Of a stretch of 64,000 bases of DNA, positions 1 to 8,598 are shown in pieces. The stretch is from assembly GCA_000004985.1 (NCBI GenBank), contig GG738911.1. One strand, 5' to 3'. A program made the translations under genes and the position numbers. The notes below the pieces were generated by a model, which was given only the letters and a program-made list of their open reading frames with translations, was not told the origin of the DNA and did no database searches. Within the stretch, counting starts at the first letter, position 1; every line of letters begins with the position of its first letter. The stretch comes from Naegleria gruberi. Lineage: Eukaryota.

Positions 1-6
1 GAGAAT

Positions 7-609
7 ATGAAGGGAACTCTACGACATTATGGATATTCGAGGGATATGCATTCGATTGTGGAAGATGTGGAAACTAATTTAGTATTTCCATTAAATAGAA
101 TATTGGAGAGACATCAATTGATTAGTTCTCACTATGAAATGTATTTTAAAATGTTGCTAAATTCATTAATATTTATTGCAATCATTACTTTGGGATGTGG
201 ATTGGTGTTCTTTCCATGTTTGTTACTAATTCAATATTTACATTGGAAACATGTGAAAAATTATGATAAGAATGTGAAAGAGAGAATCCACAGAATTTTA
301 GAAAGAGAAAATAAGAAGTATCTTCCTTATGGTTTCGAATGGATTATCAAATATAGCATAATCAATTCTGACAAGAAGAGGACATGTGTAGGAATAAGGA
401 CAGAATTGGCATGTGTCCAAGAGGTTGTTCTTTCGCTCATCCATGTTCGATCTAATCCCTTCTCTTCCAAAATAGGGTCACCTCCATTGTCAAGTTTCAG
501 CTCTGTAATTTCATCTTCTTCAAGCATTGTGAAGGAAACACCATCGTCAATTAATGGAAATCCTGCTCTTTCAGAAGAAACCACTCCTTCAACAAGTAAT
601 CAACTTTAA
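7..609 (+). CDS. small single-pass membrane protein, lineage-specific family; paralogue of 724..1743. May extend upstream of the window.
   Basis: ORF with one hydrophobic helix (LIFIAIITLGCGLVFFPCLLL) followed by KERIHRILERENKKYLPYGFEWIIKY. The next gene shares this motif (KEKIRLLLERENQTKYLPYHMEWVIQY) and the YEM-Y/L element before the helix. An antisense ORF at 327..584 overlaps, so the C-terminal extent is uncertain. Confidence 0.4.
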   Translation: MKGTLRHYGYSRDMHSIVEDVETNLVFPLNRILERHQLISSHYEMYFKMLLNSLIFIAIITLGCGLVFFPCLLLIQYLHWKHVKNYDKNVKERIHRILERENKKYLPYGFEWIIKYSIINSDKKRTCVGIRTELACVQEVVLSLIHVRSNPFSSKIGSPPLSSFSSVISSSSSIVKETPSSINGNPALSEETTPSTSNQL

Positions 610-723
610 ACTTAATTCAAACATGTATTATATATCTCTTTGAAAAAAAAGCAATTGCTTGCTACAGGATTGTACTGTATCATGAATTCCCTCCAATAAA
701 TCTTTCTAAGAAATAATGAACGA

Positions 724-1743
724 ATGGTCGTATCCAAATATGGCAAATTACTTTCCATTCAAGATTGCAGCAATCCAACAAACGGCGCGCTCATTAATTA
801 TCAAACAATAAAAAAAACCACCACAACCTCCATCCCAAGAGGATTGCATCCCTACTACTCCTCGTTATCCTCATATTGTTGGATTCTCTTCAACTTGCTA
901 ACCTCCTCAACCACCCTTAATAACAGTAGAGCACAGAAACGTAAAATGCAGCAGAGGTCTTCATCAATATATTGTGTAAATTCAGTCTCAGTGATCTCTC
1001 CACAAACTACTAATCAGACAAATAATCAGAGTTTCAGATCTCCATCGCGGAATGTTTATAAAACTTCGTCATCTTCTTCTCCCTCAGTAAATCCACATCG
1101 ACACGAATCAACAATTCGAATACCAAAACCATCCTATGTGGTCGTTCAGCAACAGGATACGACCACCACAATTTTAACCGAGTCTCAATTTCCCAATGAT
1201 GGTCCTAAAGTGGAAGTTTTATTGCAAACGAAAATTGGAATGAAAGGTCCTAATTTTTCGATTAGTAATTCTGGGTCATTGATTGGGTGTTTGGAACAGT
1301 GTGGAATGTCAAATTCGATAGAAATGGTGACGGATATTGAGTCTTCTATTTTAAAACCTTTAAATTCTCTATTTTTGGAATACTATGCCAAATTTAGAAA
1401 ATATGAAATGCTGTATTTAATAATGATACTTGTAGCAGTAGGAATTATAATCATGACAATGGGATTAGGCCTTGCCTTTGCTTTAATAATATTCATCCCA
1501 AAAATTTTGAAAAATCGACAATTTGCCAATTTTGGAAAAATTAAAGAAAAAATTCGACTACTTTTAGAAAGAGAAAATCAAACCAAATATTTACCCTACC
1601 ACATGGAATGGGTTATTCAATACGGAATTTCTCCTCCAGAAAACAATCCAGACGATCAAACACTCGATGGAAGATGCATCCAAAATGCTACTTTACAATT
1701 ATTAAGAGTTAAAATCGAATCAGAATTGGAAGAAATTATTTAA
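724..1743 (+). CDS. S/T-rich N-terminus plus single TM helix, same small-protein family as 7..609
   Basis: ATG at 724. Low-complexity S/T/N-rich N-terminal half. TM helix LYLIMILVAVGIIIMTMGLGLAFALIIF followed by the conserved ERENxxYLPYxxEW motif. Tandem paralogue of the upstream gene. Confidence 0.5.
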   Translation: MVVSKYGKLLSIQDCSNPTNGALINYQTIKKTTTTSIPRGLHPYYSSLSSYCWILFNLLTSSTTLNNSRAQKRKMQQRSSSIYCVNSVSVISPQTTNQTNNQSFRSPSRNVYKTSSSSSPSVNPHRHESTIRIPKPSYVVVQQQDTTTTILTESQFPNDGPKVEVLLQTKIGMKGPNFSISNSGSLIGCLEQCGMSNSIEMVTDIESSILKPLNSLFLEYYAKFRKYEMLYLIMILVAVGIIIMTMGLGLAFALIIFIPKILKNRQFANFGKIKEKIRLLLERENQTKYLPYHMEWVIQYGISPPENNPDDQTLDGRCIQNATLQLLRVKIESELEEII

Positions 1744-1843
1744 TAAAAATTCTAAAACTATTTCAAAAATTATTTACTAAAAATTCTCAAAGTTTGTTTT
1801 CTATTTTTCTAGAAATAAGTTTAAAATTAATTTTTAAAAAAAA

Positions 1844-3439
1844 ATGGAATCACCTCTGAAAAAGAAGAAACTCAATCACGCTGCGGAAGAAAAAGAGAAA
1901 AATATTGATTCCGATGATGATGATCAGAATAATGATGAAAATGTAAAAATAATATTATCTAATGATGATGGTTTAATGGAAAGTATTCTATTGAAGAAGA
2001 AACTTGGAGGAAACAAAATTAGAACTCTCAATACAAAGATCACACTCTCCGAGGTTTCTATTGATTGTCTTGCAAATGATGATGTGCAGATTCGAATATG
2101 TCACCAGAAAAAGTTATTGTTTCTTAGTTGTTGCAAAAATATTCACATTTACAATTATGAGGAAGATTTGAAACTTGTTAGGAAAATTAATGTGAAATTT
2201 GATAGTTTTGAAGTCGATAGTGTTGGTGAACACTTGTTTGTAATCTCAATTAGTGGCATGTCAAAATATAGACTTGATGACATGTCAGAATTGTGGACTT
2301 TTAGAGAAAACGTGTATTGTTTTACTATTAGTGAATCCAGAAATGAAATTTTCATTCCCAATAATTTGGAAGTTAACGTTTTGGATATGAATGATGGCTC
2401 AGTCAAGAGGAAAATTCCATTTCAATTAAGCCAAGGTTATTGCGCAGATATTGTCTATGATGAAGAGGAGGAAACCATTTATCTATCAGTTAATGTTGAT
2501 AGTTTTGAAGTTTATGACTTCAAATTATTAATAGTTTCAGAAAAAACTAGAACACAAACTGAACTTGTTTGTGATCAGAGATTTAGCCATCTCTTCTTCT
2601 ATGAAAGATATCTTGTATATATCACAGTAGTGGAAGTAGTCTATCTTTTTGAAAAGAAAACTAATAATTTATTATTAACATTTAAATTGGATAAAATTAG
2701 ATATTACAATTCCTATTTTGATAGATTAACCAATACTTTAATATATCTAAATAGACAGAAAATATGTTTTAAAAAGTTACACATTGAGGAAAATATTATT
2801 GAAACTCCACTCAACAAGGAGATTTGTCTTGCACTTGAGAAATTTGGAGGCAAATTACCATCTTTCATTCCAAAAGTTCAAGTTTTAAACGAATTTGTTA
2901 TTCCAGAATGTTTACAATATCTATGGAGAGTTGAGTTTGAAAATTCAAAGTTTTGGTATATTGAGAAAGAGATTGCAAAATATGTTTCTTTTCGAGATTG
3001 TAACTTTGGATACATTACTGAAAGATGGATGGGAAAAGATGATATTCTCTTAATTGGAGATTGTCCAACAAGTTCAGAATTGGAAAATAACAAGTTTGCC
3101 CTCTGTATCTTTGTAAAGAAAGAGGAAGTTTCCAAGGTATCAAATGGCGACTTTTCAATTTATTTGCGTTACTTTGATGAATCTTCTTATGATTATATTA
3201 TTCAGAGTTTCAAATTTTCAGAATTTGTTTCAAAATTGAGTGTTGCAGAACTTGTAAAATTAGAAGACTTTTCAGAATATTTGATTCATTTTGAAAAGAN
3301 NNNNNNNNNNNNNNNNNNNNNNNNNNNNNNNNNNNNNNNNNNNNNNNNNNNNNNNNNNNNNNNNNNNNTAAGAAAGATTAACAATATACTGTTACAGATG
3401 GTTTGGCATCAAATAAAGAAAAATTGGAATGAAAATTGA
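1844..3439 (+). CDS. member of expanded paralogue family X (N-terminal K-rich NLS-like motif, beta-propeller-like middle, conserved C-terminal alpha region). 3' end interrupted by an assembly gap.
   Basis: MESPLKKKKL N-terminus and VKIIL.D..L...LLKKKLGGNKI, FEVDSVGEHL, LDMNDGS.KRKI, PLNKEICLALEKFGGKLPSFIPKVQ, IPECLQYL and FENSKFWYIEKEIAKY motifs are shared with the ORFs at 14395, 16179, 17911, 42604, 44577 and 46500. The X residues in the track are N bases; the tail after the gap is probably not real. Confidence 0.55.
   Translation: MESPLKKKKLNHAAEEKEKNIDSDDDDQNNDENVKIILSNDDGLMESILLKKKLGGNKIRTLNTKITLSEVSIDCLANDDVQIRICHQKKLLFLSCCKNIHIYNYEEDLKLVRKINVKFDSFEVDSVGEHLFVISISGMSKYRLDDMSELWTFRENVYCFTISESRNEIFIPNNLEVNVLDMNDGSVKRKIPFQLSQGYCADIVYDEEEETIYLSVNVDSFEVYDFKLLIVSEKTRTQTELVCDQRFSHLFFYERYLVYITVVEVVYLFEKKTNNLLLTFKLDKIRYYNSYFDRLTNTLIYLNRQKICFKKLHIEENIIETPLNKEICLALEKFGGKLPSFIPKVQVLNEFVIPECLQYLWRVEFENSKFWYIEKEIAKYVSFRDCNFGYITERWMGKDDILLIGDCPTSSELENNKFALCIFVKKEEVSKVSNGDFSIYLRYFDESSYDYIIQSFKFSEFVSKLSVAELVKLEDFSEYLIHFEKXXXXXXXXXXXXXXXXXXXXXXXXRKINNILLQMVWHQIKKNWNEN
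3300..3368. other. assembly gap (run of N)
   Basis: 69 consecutive n characters. Confidence 0.95.
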
Positions 3440-3577
3440 TTGTAAATTATTTATTGAAGATTATTGAAAGAACATGAGTGAATTTCAATTTTGAATTATA
3501 CATACGTTGAATTGAAAGAACTACGTTTATTGAAAGAGCAATGTGAAATCAATGTGAAATTAACGCTATGATAAATG

Positions 3578-3822
3578 GAGCTGAGAGTCATGTTACTAAC
3601 TTATGCTTCATAATTATGTGTTCTTGGAATAAACTATCATTGTTGCTCCACAAGGCTTTGCATAGGTGTCATATTTAGATATTACTGATGTCAAATTCAT
3701 AGAAACCTTGCTTTCAGTATCAGAAACGCTTTGCAAATTACTAGTTGGAGTTGACACATGAAACTAGAAACTGTAATATTAATGAGAAGATTTGTATGAA
3801 CTTGTTGGTAAATCGGTTGAAG
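3578..3822 (-). repeat. degenerate dispersed copy (~90% identical, small indels) of an internal coding segment of the receptor gene (original at about 33749..34006)
   Basis: Direct comparison of the two stretches, ggagctgag[a/g]gtcatgttactaac...tcatagaaaccttgctttcagtatcagaaacgctttgcaaattactagttggagtt...aatcggttgaag, shows co-linear near-identity over about 250 bp in the same orientation. No ORF is retained, so it is a gene fragment. Confidence 0.7.
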
Positions 3823-3957
3823 AATAACGATCTTACAGTATTAAATATAAATAATACCCAGACAATTAATTGAAAAGGTAAGCTGTATTTAAGGCTTATT
3901 TATTTTTATTTCAAGAACCCCTTACTGACAGAGTTCAGTAAATTTTTATAAGTGTAA

Positions 3958-4075
3958 GGGACCATGGTCTAGTGGTATGATTCTCGCTTTGGGTGCGAGA
4001 GGCCGTGGGAATCGATCTCCTGGGTGAGAGCCAGGTATCTTAGCCATTGGACCACACGGGTTAGACCAGTCTTTC
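3958..4075. pseudogene. inverted pair of tRNA-derived fragments. The + strand half resembles tRNA-Pro(UGG); the - strand half resembles tRNA-Glu(CUC). They are joined at an ATCGAT palindrome in the T-loop region. Neither folds into a complete cloverleaf by eye.
   Basis: The + strand GGTCTAGTGGTATGATTCTCGCTTTGGGTGCGAGAGGCC matches the conserved eukaryotic tRNA-Pro D-arm and anticodon arm (stem CTCGC/GCGAG, loop TTTGGGT, anticodon TGG), but no complementary 3' T-stem or acceptor strand follows. The reverse complement of about 4013-4075 gives GTGGTCCAATGGCTAAGATACCTGGCTCTCACCCAGG (stem CCTGG/CCAGG, loop CTCTCAC, anticodon CTC) and then runs straight into ATCGATTCCCACGG, lacking the variable region and 5' T-stem. 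Confidence 0.4.
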
Positions 4076-5400
4076 ACAAATATTTATTATTTTGGTTGTC
4101 CTTAAATAGATAAAAAGACTACAACACCACAGGTTCCCAAGTTGTCTCCAACCTCAGTACTGATGCTCGACGATGCTTAACTTCTCAAATCGGACGGGAT
4201 GAGGTGTATTCATCGTGATATGGCCGTAGCCATTCATTTAATGAAAATATGGACCATAAATCTAATATCAAACGTATTGCTAACTTTGGCAATAAAACAA
4301 CATAAGTAGTCAAAAATTCTATCATATCTTTTATACCATCTTAAAGATTTTCAACTATTCTAATTGCATGCACACGGCAATATTCATCATTCAGTGTTAC
4401 TCATTCAATAACAGTAAATAGCACCCAAATGGATACGAATCAAGAAAAACAATCCTACTGTAATGCATGTATTCCGTTACAATAGGTAAAATATCTAATA
4501 TTTCATTCTTGTCATTGTAAAATTAACTGTAATATGATTGTGATCTTGTAAGGTTGTTTTATGGGTAATAATCATGAAAAACTCCACATCTCCTATTATT
4601 GTAACCAACGTTTTATTCTCCCAGTTCCAAATCAAGAACTGTTTTATTAAGTCACTCACTTATTGACATTTAACATGTAGCAATTCAAAGAACACCAAAC
4701 TCAATTCCAATTCCTCTCCATTCCATTCCTTAATAACACACCTCAATAATTTCAATTTTTTATTGTAAATCTTTGTAAACTATTGAAAGATTCTCAAGCA
4801 AGGAATCTTTCCATACTGTAATTCAAAAGTAAAAACGCGAAACAGCAAAATTTCCAAAAGCAACAACGCGAATCACTATAAACAAGTTCACTCCCTTTGT
4901 TGAATGTGTTAAAATCGCCATATTTCAAAGACCCTGGACCAAAATCAAAGGATGGTTTGTTTGGCAATTCAACCAAACGCGAAAATCATTGCATGAAATG
5001 GAATCACCTTAATGGAGAGGAGTGTAGTGATTTACTGTTGAAATTTTTGGTAATTTTTCACATGAATTGAAGGGAATGAAAGGAGTGCAGTTGAAGAATT
5101 GAAGAAAAAGCCAACAATTTTCCAAGAAATGTCAATCAGTAAAAACAATCCTTACTTTTTCAGACACCTGTGCTACCAAATTTCATTTTCACTTTTCCTT
5201 TTCATCAAGTAATTGTGCTTTCCCGCTCCAGAAACCCAATCACACCTTCAAGCCAATCCATCCTGAAAATCTAAAGAGGAAACGGAAGAAGAACTCCGAT
5301 AAAAAAATGGGCGCTAAAAATAATGAGCCTTCACTTTGCTTGTCAAGACCTCATAAAAAACATCTTTTGATTTTTTTTAGCCTTTAAAAAAAATACAAAT

Positions 5401-7156
5401 ATGCAATTTAAATACGTTATTGCCGCCCTTATGGTGATGGTATGCCTCTTGGCTCCAACCATGATGGTTAAAGCTGAAAAGTCAGTTATGGGATGTGAAA
5501 TCTGTGAATGGTTGGTTGCTACCGCCGAAGGTGTAGGTATTTTCTTGTAATTTTTATGATCTCTAATGATGATGCTGATGAAATATTGTTGTATTATTAA
5601 TATCTTGGTGATGATGATGATTTTATTATAATGCGCAAAATATCTTCAGTTGGTTAACAAGACCAAGCCACAAATCGAACAAGAATTGTTGCAAGTCTGC
5701 TCCAAGTTGGGTCCATATGAACAACTCTGTGACCAAATGGTCTTGATGGAATTGCCAGATATTATCGATGCTATTATTGCTAAGGAACCACCAGCAATTG
5801 TCTGTGCTCAAGTTAAGATCTGTGCCAACTCTTCTGCTCCAGCTATTGCTACTGCTCCAAAGGACTCTGGTATCTGTAACATGTGTCAATTGGTTGTTAC
5901 TCAAGTTGGTATGTTTTATAACCGTTAATTGTTGTTTTTGTGTATTAACTAATTAATTCTTTTAATATTTGATAATGATGAAAATAATTATCACATGATT
6001 ATTCATGATTATTATCCAAACACTTGATGCGCTATTTGACGTTTTAAAAATCGATATCATTCACAATAATAGAAAACTGGGTTGAAAGCAATGATACTAT
6101 CATGACTTTGGAAAAGAAGTTGGAACAAGTCTGTAATGTTATTCCAGGACAATACTCCACTCTCTGTACTTATGCTGTTGAACAATACTTGCCAACTTTC
6201 ATTCACCAAGTTGAACAACAATACTCTCCATTGGTCATTTGTCAAGATGTTAGTTTGTGCTCAAAGCAAGAAGCTCCAAAGGTTGTTGCTCCACAACCAG
6301 CTGCTGCTGAATTGTGCCCAATCTGTAAGGCTGCTGTCGGTTTCTTGAAGTCCAAGATCTCCACTGTTGATGTCCCAACCATCAAGAAGCAATTGGAATT
6401 CGCTTGTACTTTCTTCCAAGTTGAAGATTGTCAACAATTGGTTGATAAGGCTGCTGATATTGCTCAAGCCATCCAAACTGAAGATGCTAATACCATCTGT
6501 TCATCTGTTGTTGATGTCTGCCCAAAGGAACAAGTTACCTTGAAGGCTCAATGGAATCCATTCAAGAAGTTCCTCGAAGCTAAGAATGCCAAGTATTGTC
6601 CAACTTGTTTGGCCATTACCCAATATTTGGAAAATGCCATCACTTCTGATGTTGCTGTTGCTGAACTCATCAAGATTGCTGACCTCGGTTGTGCCAAGTT
6701 GGGTTCTTTGGAATCTCTCTGTACCAAGTTTGTTCCTCTTGCTGTTGACGAATTGAAGAAGTCATCCTCGAAAAGGTTACCCCACAAAAGGTCTGTTCCA
6801 CTTTGAAGATGTGTGATGCTGCTGATAAGATGTCTCTTGCTGCTCCAGTTATTGCTGCTAAGGTTGAAGATTCCTCAATGTGTCTTGGTTGTGAATATGT
6901 TATTGGTGTTGCTGACAACTGGTTGATTGCTAACAATACTCAACAATCTGTTGAATCCACTTTGGATATGGTCTGTAACGACTTTGTTCCATCTGTCTAC
7001 AAGTCTCAATGTGTTGCTTTGGTTGCTCAATACACTCCACAACTCGTCCAACTCTTCGAAGCTAAGGTCTTTAACCCACAAACTGTCTGTAAGGCTATTG
7101 GTGTCTGTACCTCTGCTAAGAGACAAGCTATCAACAAGCAAATCCAAATGAACTAA
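5401..7156 (+). CDS. secreted multi-saposin (prosaposin/amoebapore-like) protein with five saposin-B-type domains. Exons 5401..5532, 5650..5908 and 6073..7156, with an apparent 1-nt frameshift near 6760-6790.
   Basis: Signal peptide MQFKYVIAALMVMVCLLAPTMMVKA. Each domain has the six-Cys saposin pattern C-x2-C ... C ... C ... C-x5-C (for example CEICEWLV...LQVCSKLGPYEQLCDQMV...IVCAQVKIC). Introns are GTAGGT..CAG (5533..5649, phase 0) and GTATGT..AATAG (5909..6072, phase 1), and both restore intact domains. The track ORFs 6102..6806 and 6803..7156 sit in different frames; domain 4 is only completed (VCSTLKMC) by shifting frame after DELKK. Codon usage is biased (ggt, cca, gct, aag, atc). Confidence 0.8.
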
Positions 7157-7234
7157 ATGTTTAGTTTTTAATTTATATTTTCATTCTATTTCTTCTTGAA
7201 GTGCATTTTACAAAATGAACAAATTGAAAAAAAT

Positions 7235-8590
7235 ATGAACAAATCTCAAGATATTCTTCATAAACAACATTCTGTGGTGGCGAATTTATTACAGAAAGCC
7301 TATCACCAGAGTAATAACAGCATTGGAGGAGGAGAATCGGAGAAGAATTGTTTTAAAAAGGTTTTAATGAATCATCATGATGAGAATTTCAAAAAGACTT
7401 GTGGAAATGATCAACAAGCAATATTTGAATTTAATTATGAATTTTATTTGGAAAGTGATGGTGTAATTAATGCAGTCTATTTTATATGGATCAAGAGGAA
7501 AGAAAATGATTCTTCATCTTTTCAATTTGACGATTGTTCATTCATTTACAATGAAAAATGTCAAGATAAAAGTGAAATGGAGCTAGTTCTTAAGGTGAAC
7601 ACTTTACATGATTCGTGGGCAAGGTCCAAAACAATGAATGAAGTTTCCATCATGCAATTTTTAAAGAGTGAAAACTTTCCAGTTCCTCAAATATTTGATT
7701 ACGAGCTGTCGTGTGAAAATCTGCTTGGATTTGAATATATTCTCATGGAGAAGGTGAAGGGAGTTCCATTGAGACAGCTCTGCACTCGAATGGATGTTGA
7801 TGAGAGGAGTTTTTGGATTGATGAGATTGGAAAATACTTGAAGGAAATTTACAAAATGAATTTTGTGATTGATTCAGTTTCTTTTGATTTATCAAATGAT
7901 GAAATGGATAGGAGTGAATATATTGTAAAGGAAGTGGATAATACTGATGCAGGTAAATTGTGGCTTGGTGGAAGTTTTCACAGTTTACAAAGGAGAGGCG
8001 ATGCAATTCATGTTAAAATTGGCCCCTATGTTGATAGTAAGAGAGGTCCATTTGAATCCATTGTTGATTATTGGAAATCTTTGGTAGAGTTTAGATATCC
8101 AATATTTGAAACTCTGGAAGAGGGTCGATTTGCTAAATACATTCCACTCATGAAAAAGTATGTGGATAAATATTTTGGAAATGAGTCACCTCTCAGAGAG
8201 GAGTGTAAAATGGAGAATTGCAAGTTATTCCTCTGTCATGGTGATTTATCAACAAGTAATGTCATTGTCTGTGCAGAAACGAAAACAATCAAAGCAATTA
8301 TTGATTTTGAATGGGCCAAGCTCTCTGTCATTGAGGAAGACATGAGAAATATATTGGAAGATTGGTGTCTTGGATTGCACTCACTCGAAGGTCATTTAAA
8401 AACATTAATGAAAGATCAAACATCCTCATTCTACGAGAGGGTTCTCTTCCATTTCAAATTTATTGACTTGTTGAGTTGTGTGGAAAATTACAAACAATTT
8501 CACTCACCTGAACAACAAGAGAACGATGCAAAGGAATTTATTGAGATGATCATTGATGAATTGGATGAGGTATTGGAGCAAAGATTATAG
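7235..8590 (+). CDS. phosphotransferase-family protein (aminoglycoside phosphotransferase / choline-kinase-like fold)
   Basis: Catalytic motifs LFLCHGDLSTSNVIV (HGDxxxxN) and AIIDFEWAKL (DFE), typical of APH/ChoK-like kinases. First in-frame ATG is at 7235; the track start at 7196 is a TTG. Confidence 0.65.
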   Translation: MNKSQDILHKQHSVVANLLQKAYHQSNNSIGGGESEKNCFKKVLMNHHDENFKKTCGNDQQAIFEFNYEFYLESDGVINAVYFIWIKRKENDSSSFQFDDCSFIYNEKCQDKSEMELVLKVNTLHDSWARSKTMNEVSIMQFLKSENFPVPQIFDYELSCENLLGFEYILMEKVKGVPLRQLCTRMDVDERSFWIDEIGKYLKEIYKMNFVIDSVSFDLSNDEMDRSEYIVKEVDNTDAGKLWLGGSFHSLQRRGDAIHVKIGPYVDSKRGPFESIVDYWKSLVEFRYPIFETLEEGRFAKYIPLMKKYVDKYFGNESPLREECKMENCKLFLCHGDLSTSNVIVCAETKTIKAIIDFEWAKLSVIEEDMRNILEDWCLGLHSLEGHLKTLMKDQTSSFYERVLFHFKFIDLLSCVENYKQFHSPEQQENDAKEFIEMIIDELDEVLEQRL

Positions 8591-8598
8591 AAATTTAT

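Noticed and set aside
327-584. Antisense and overlapping short ORFs in the track (for example 327..584 -, 2155..2406 -, 2878..3135 -, 36092..36421 -, 41542..41826 +, 41917..42279 +, 41892..42260 -, 54881..55345 -, 54901..55269 +)
   Set aside because: Each lies inside a longer ORF on the other strand or frame that has domain-level support. AT-rich coding DNA with few stop codons in alternative frames produces such shadow ORFs.
3369-3439. Post-gap C-terminus (RKINNILLQMVWHQIKKNWNEN) of ORF 1844..3439, and the X runs in the TSC2 ORFs
   Set aside because: X residues are translated N-gap bases. Frame continuity across a gap of arbitrary length is accidental.
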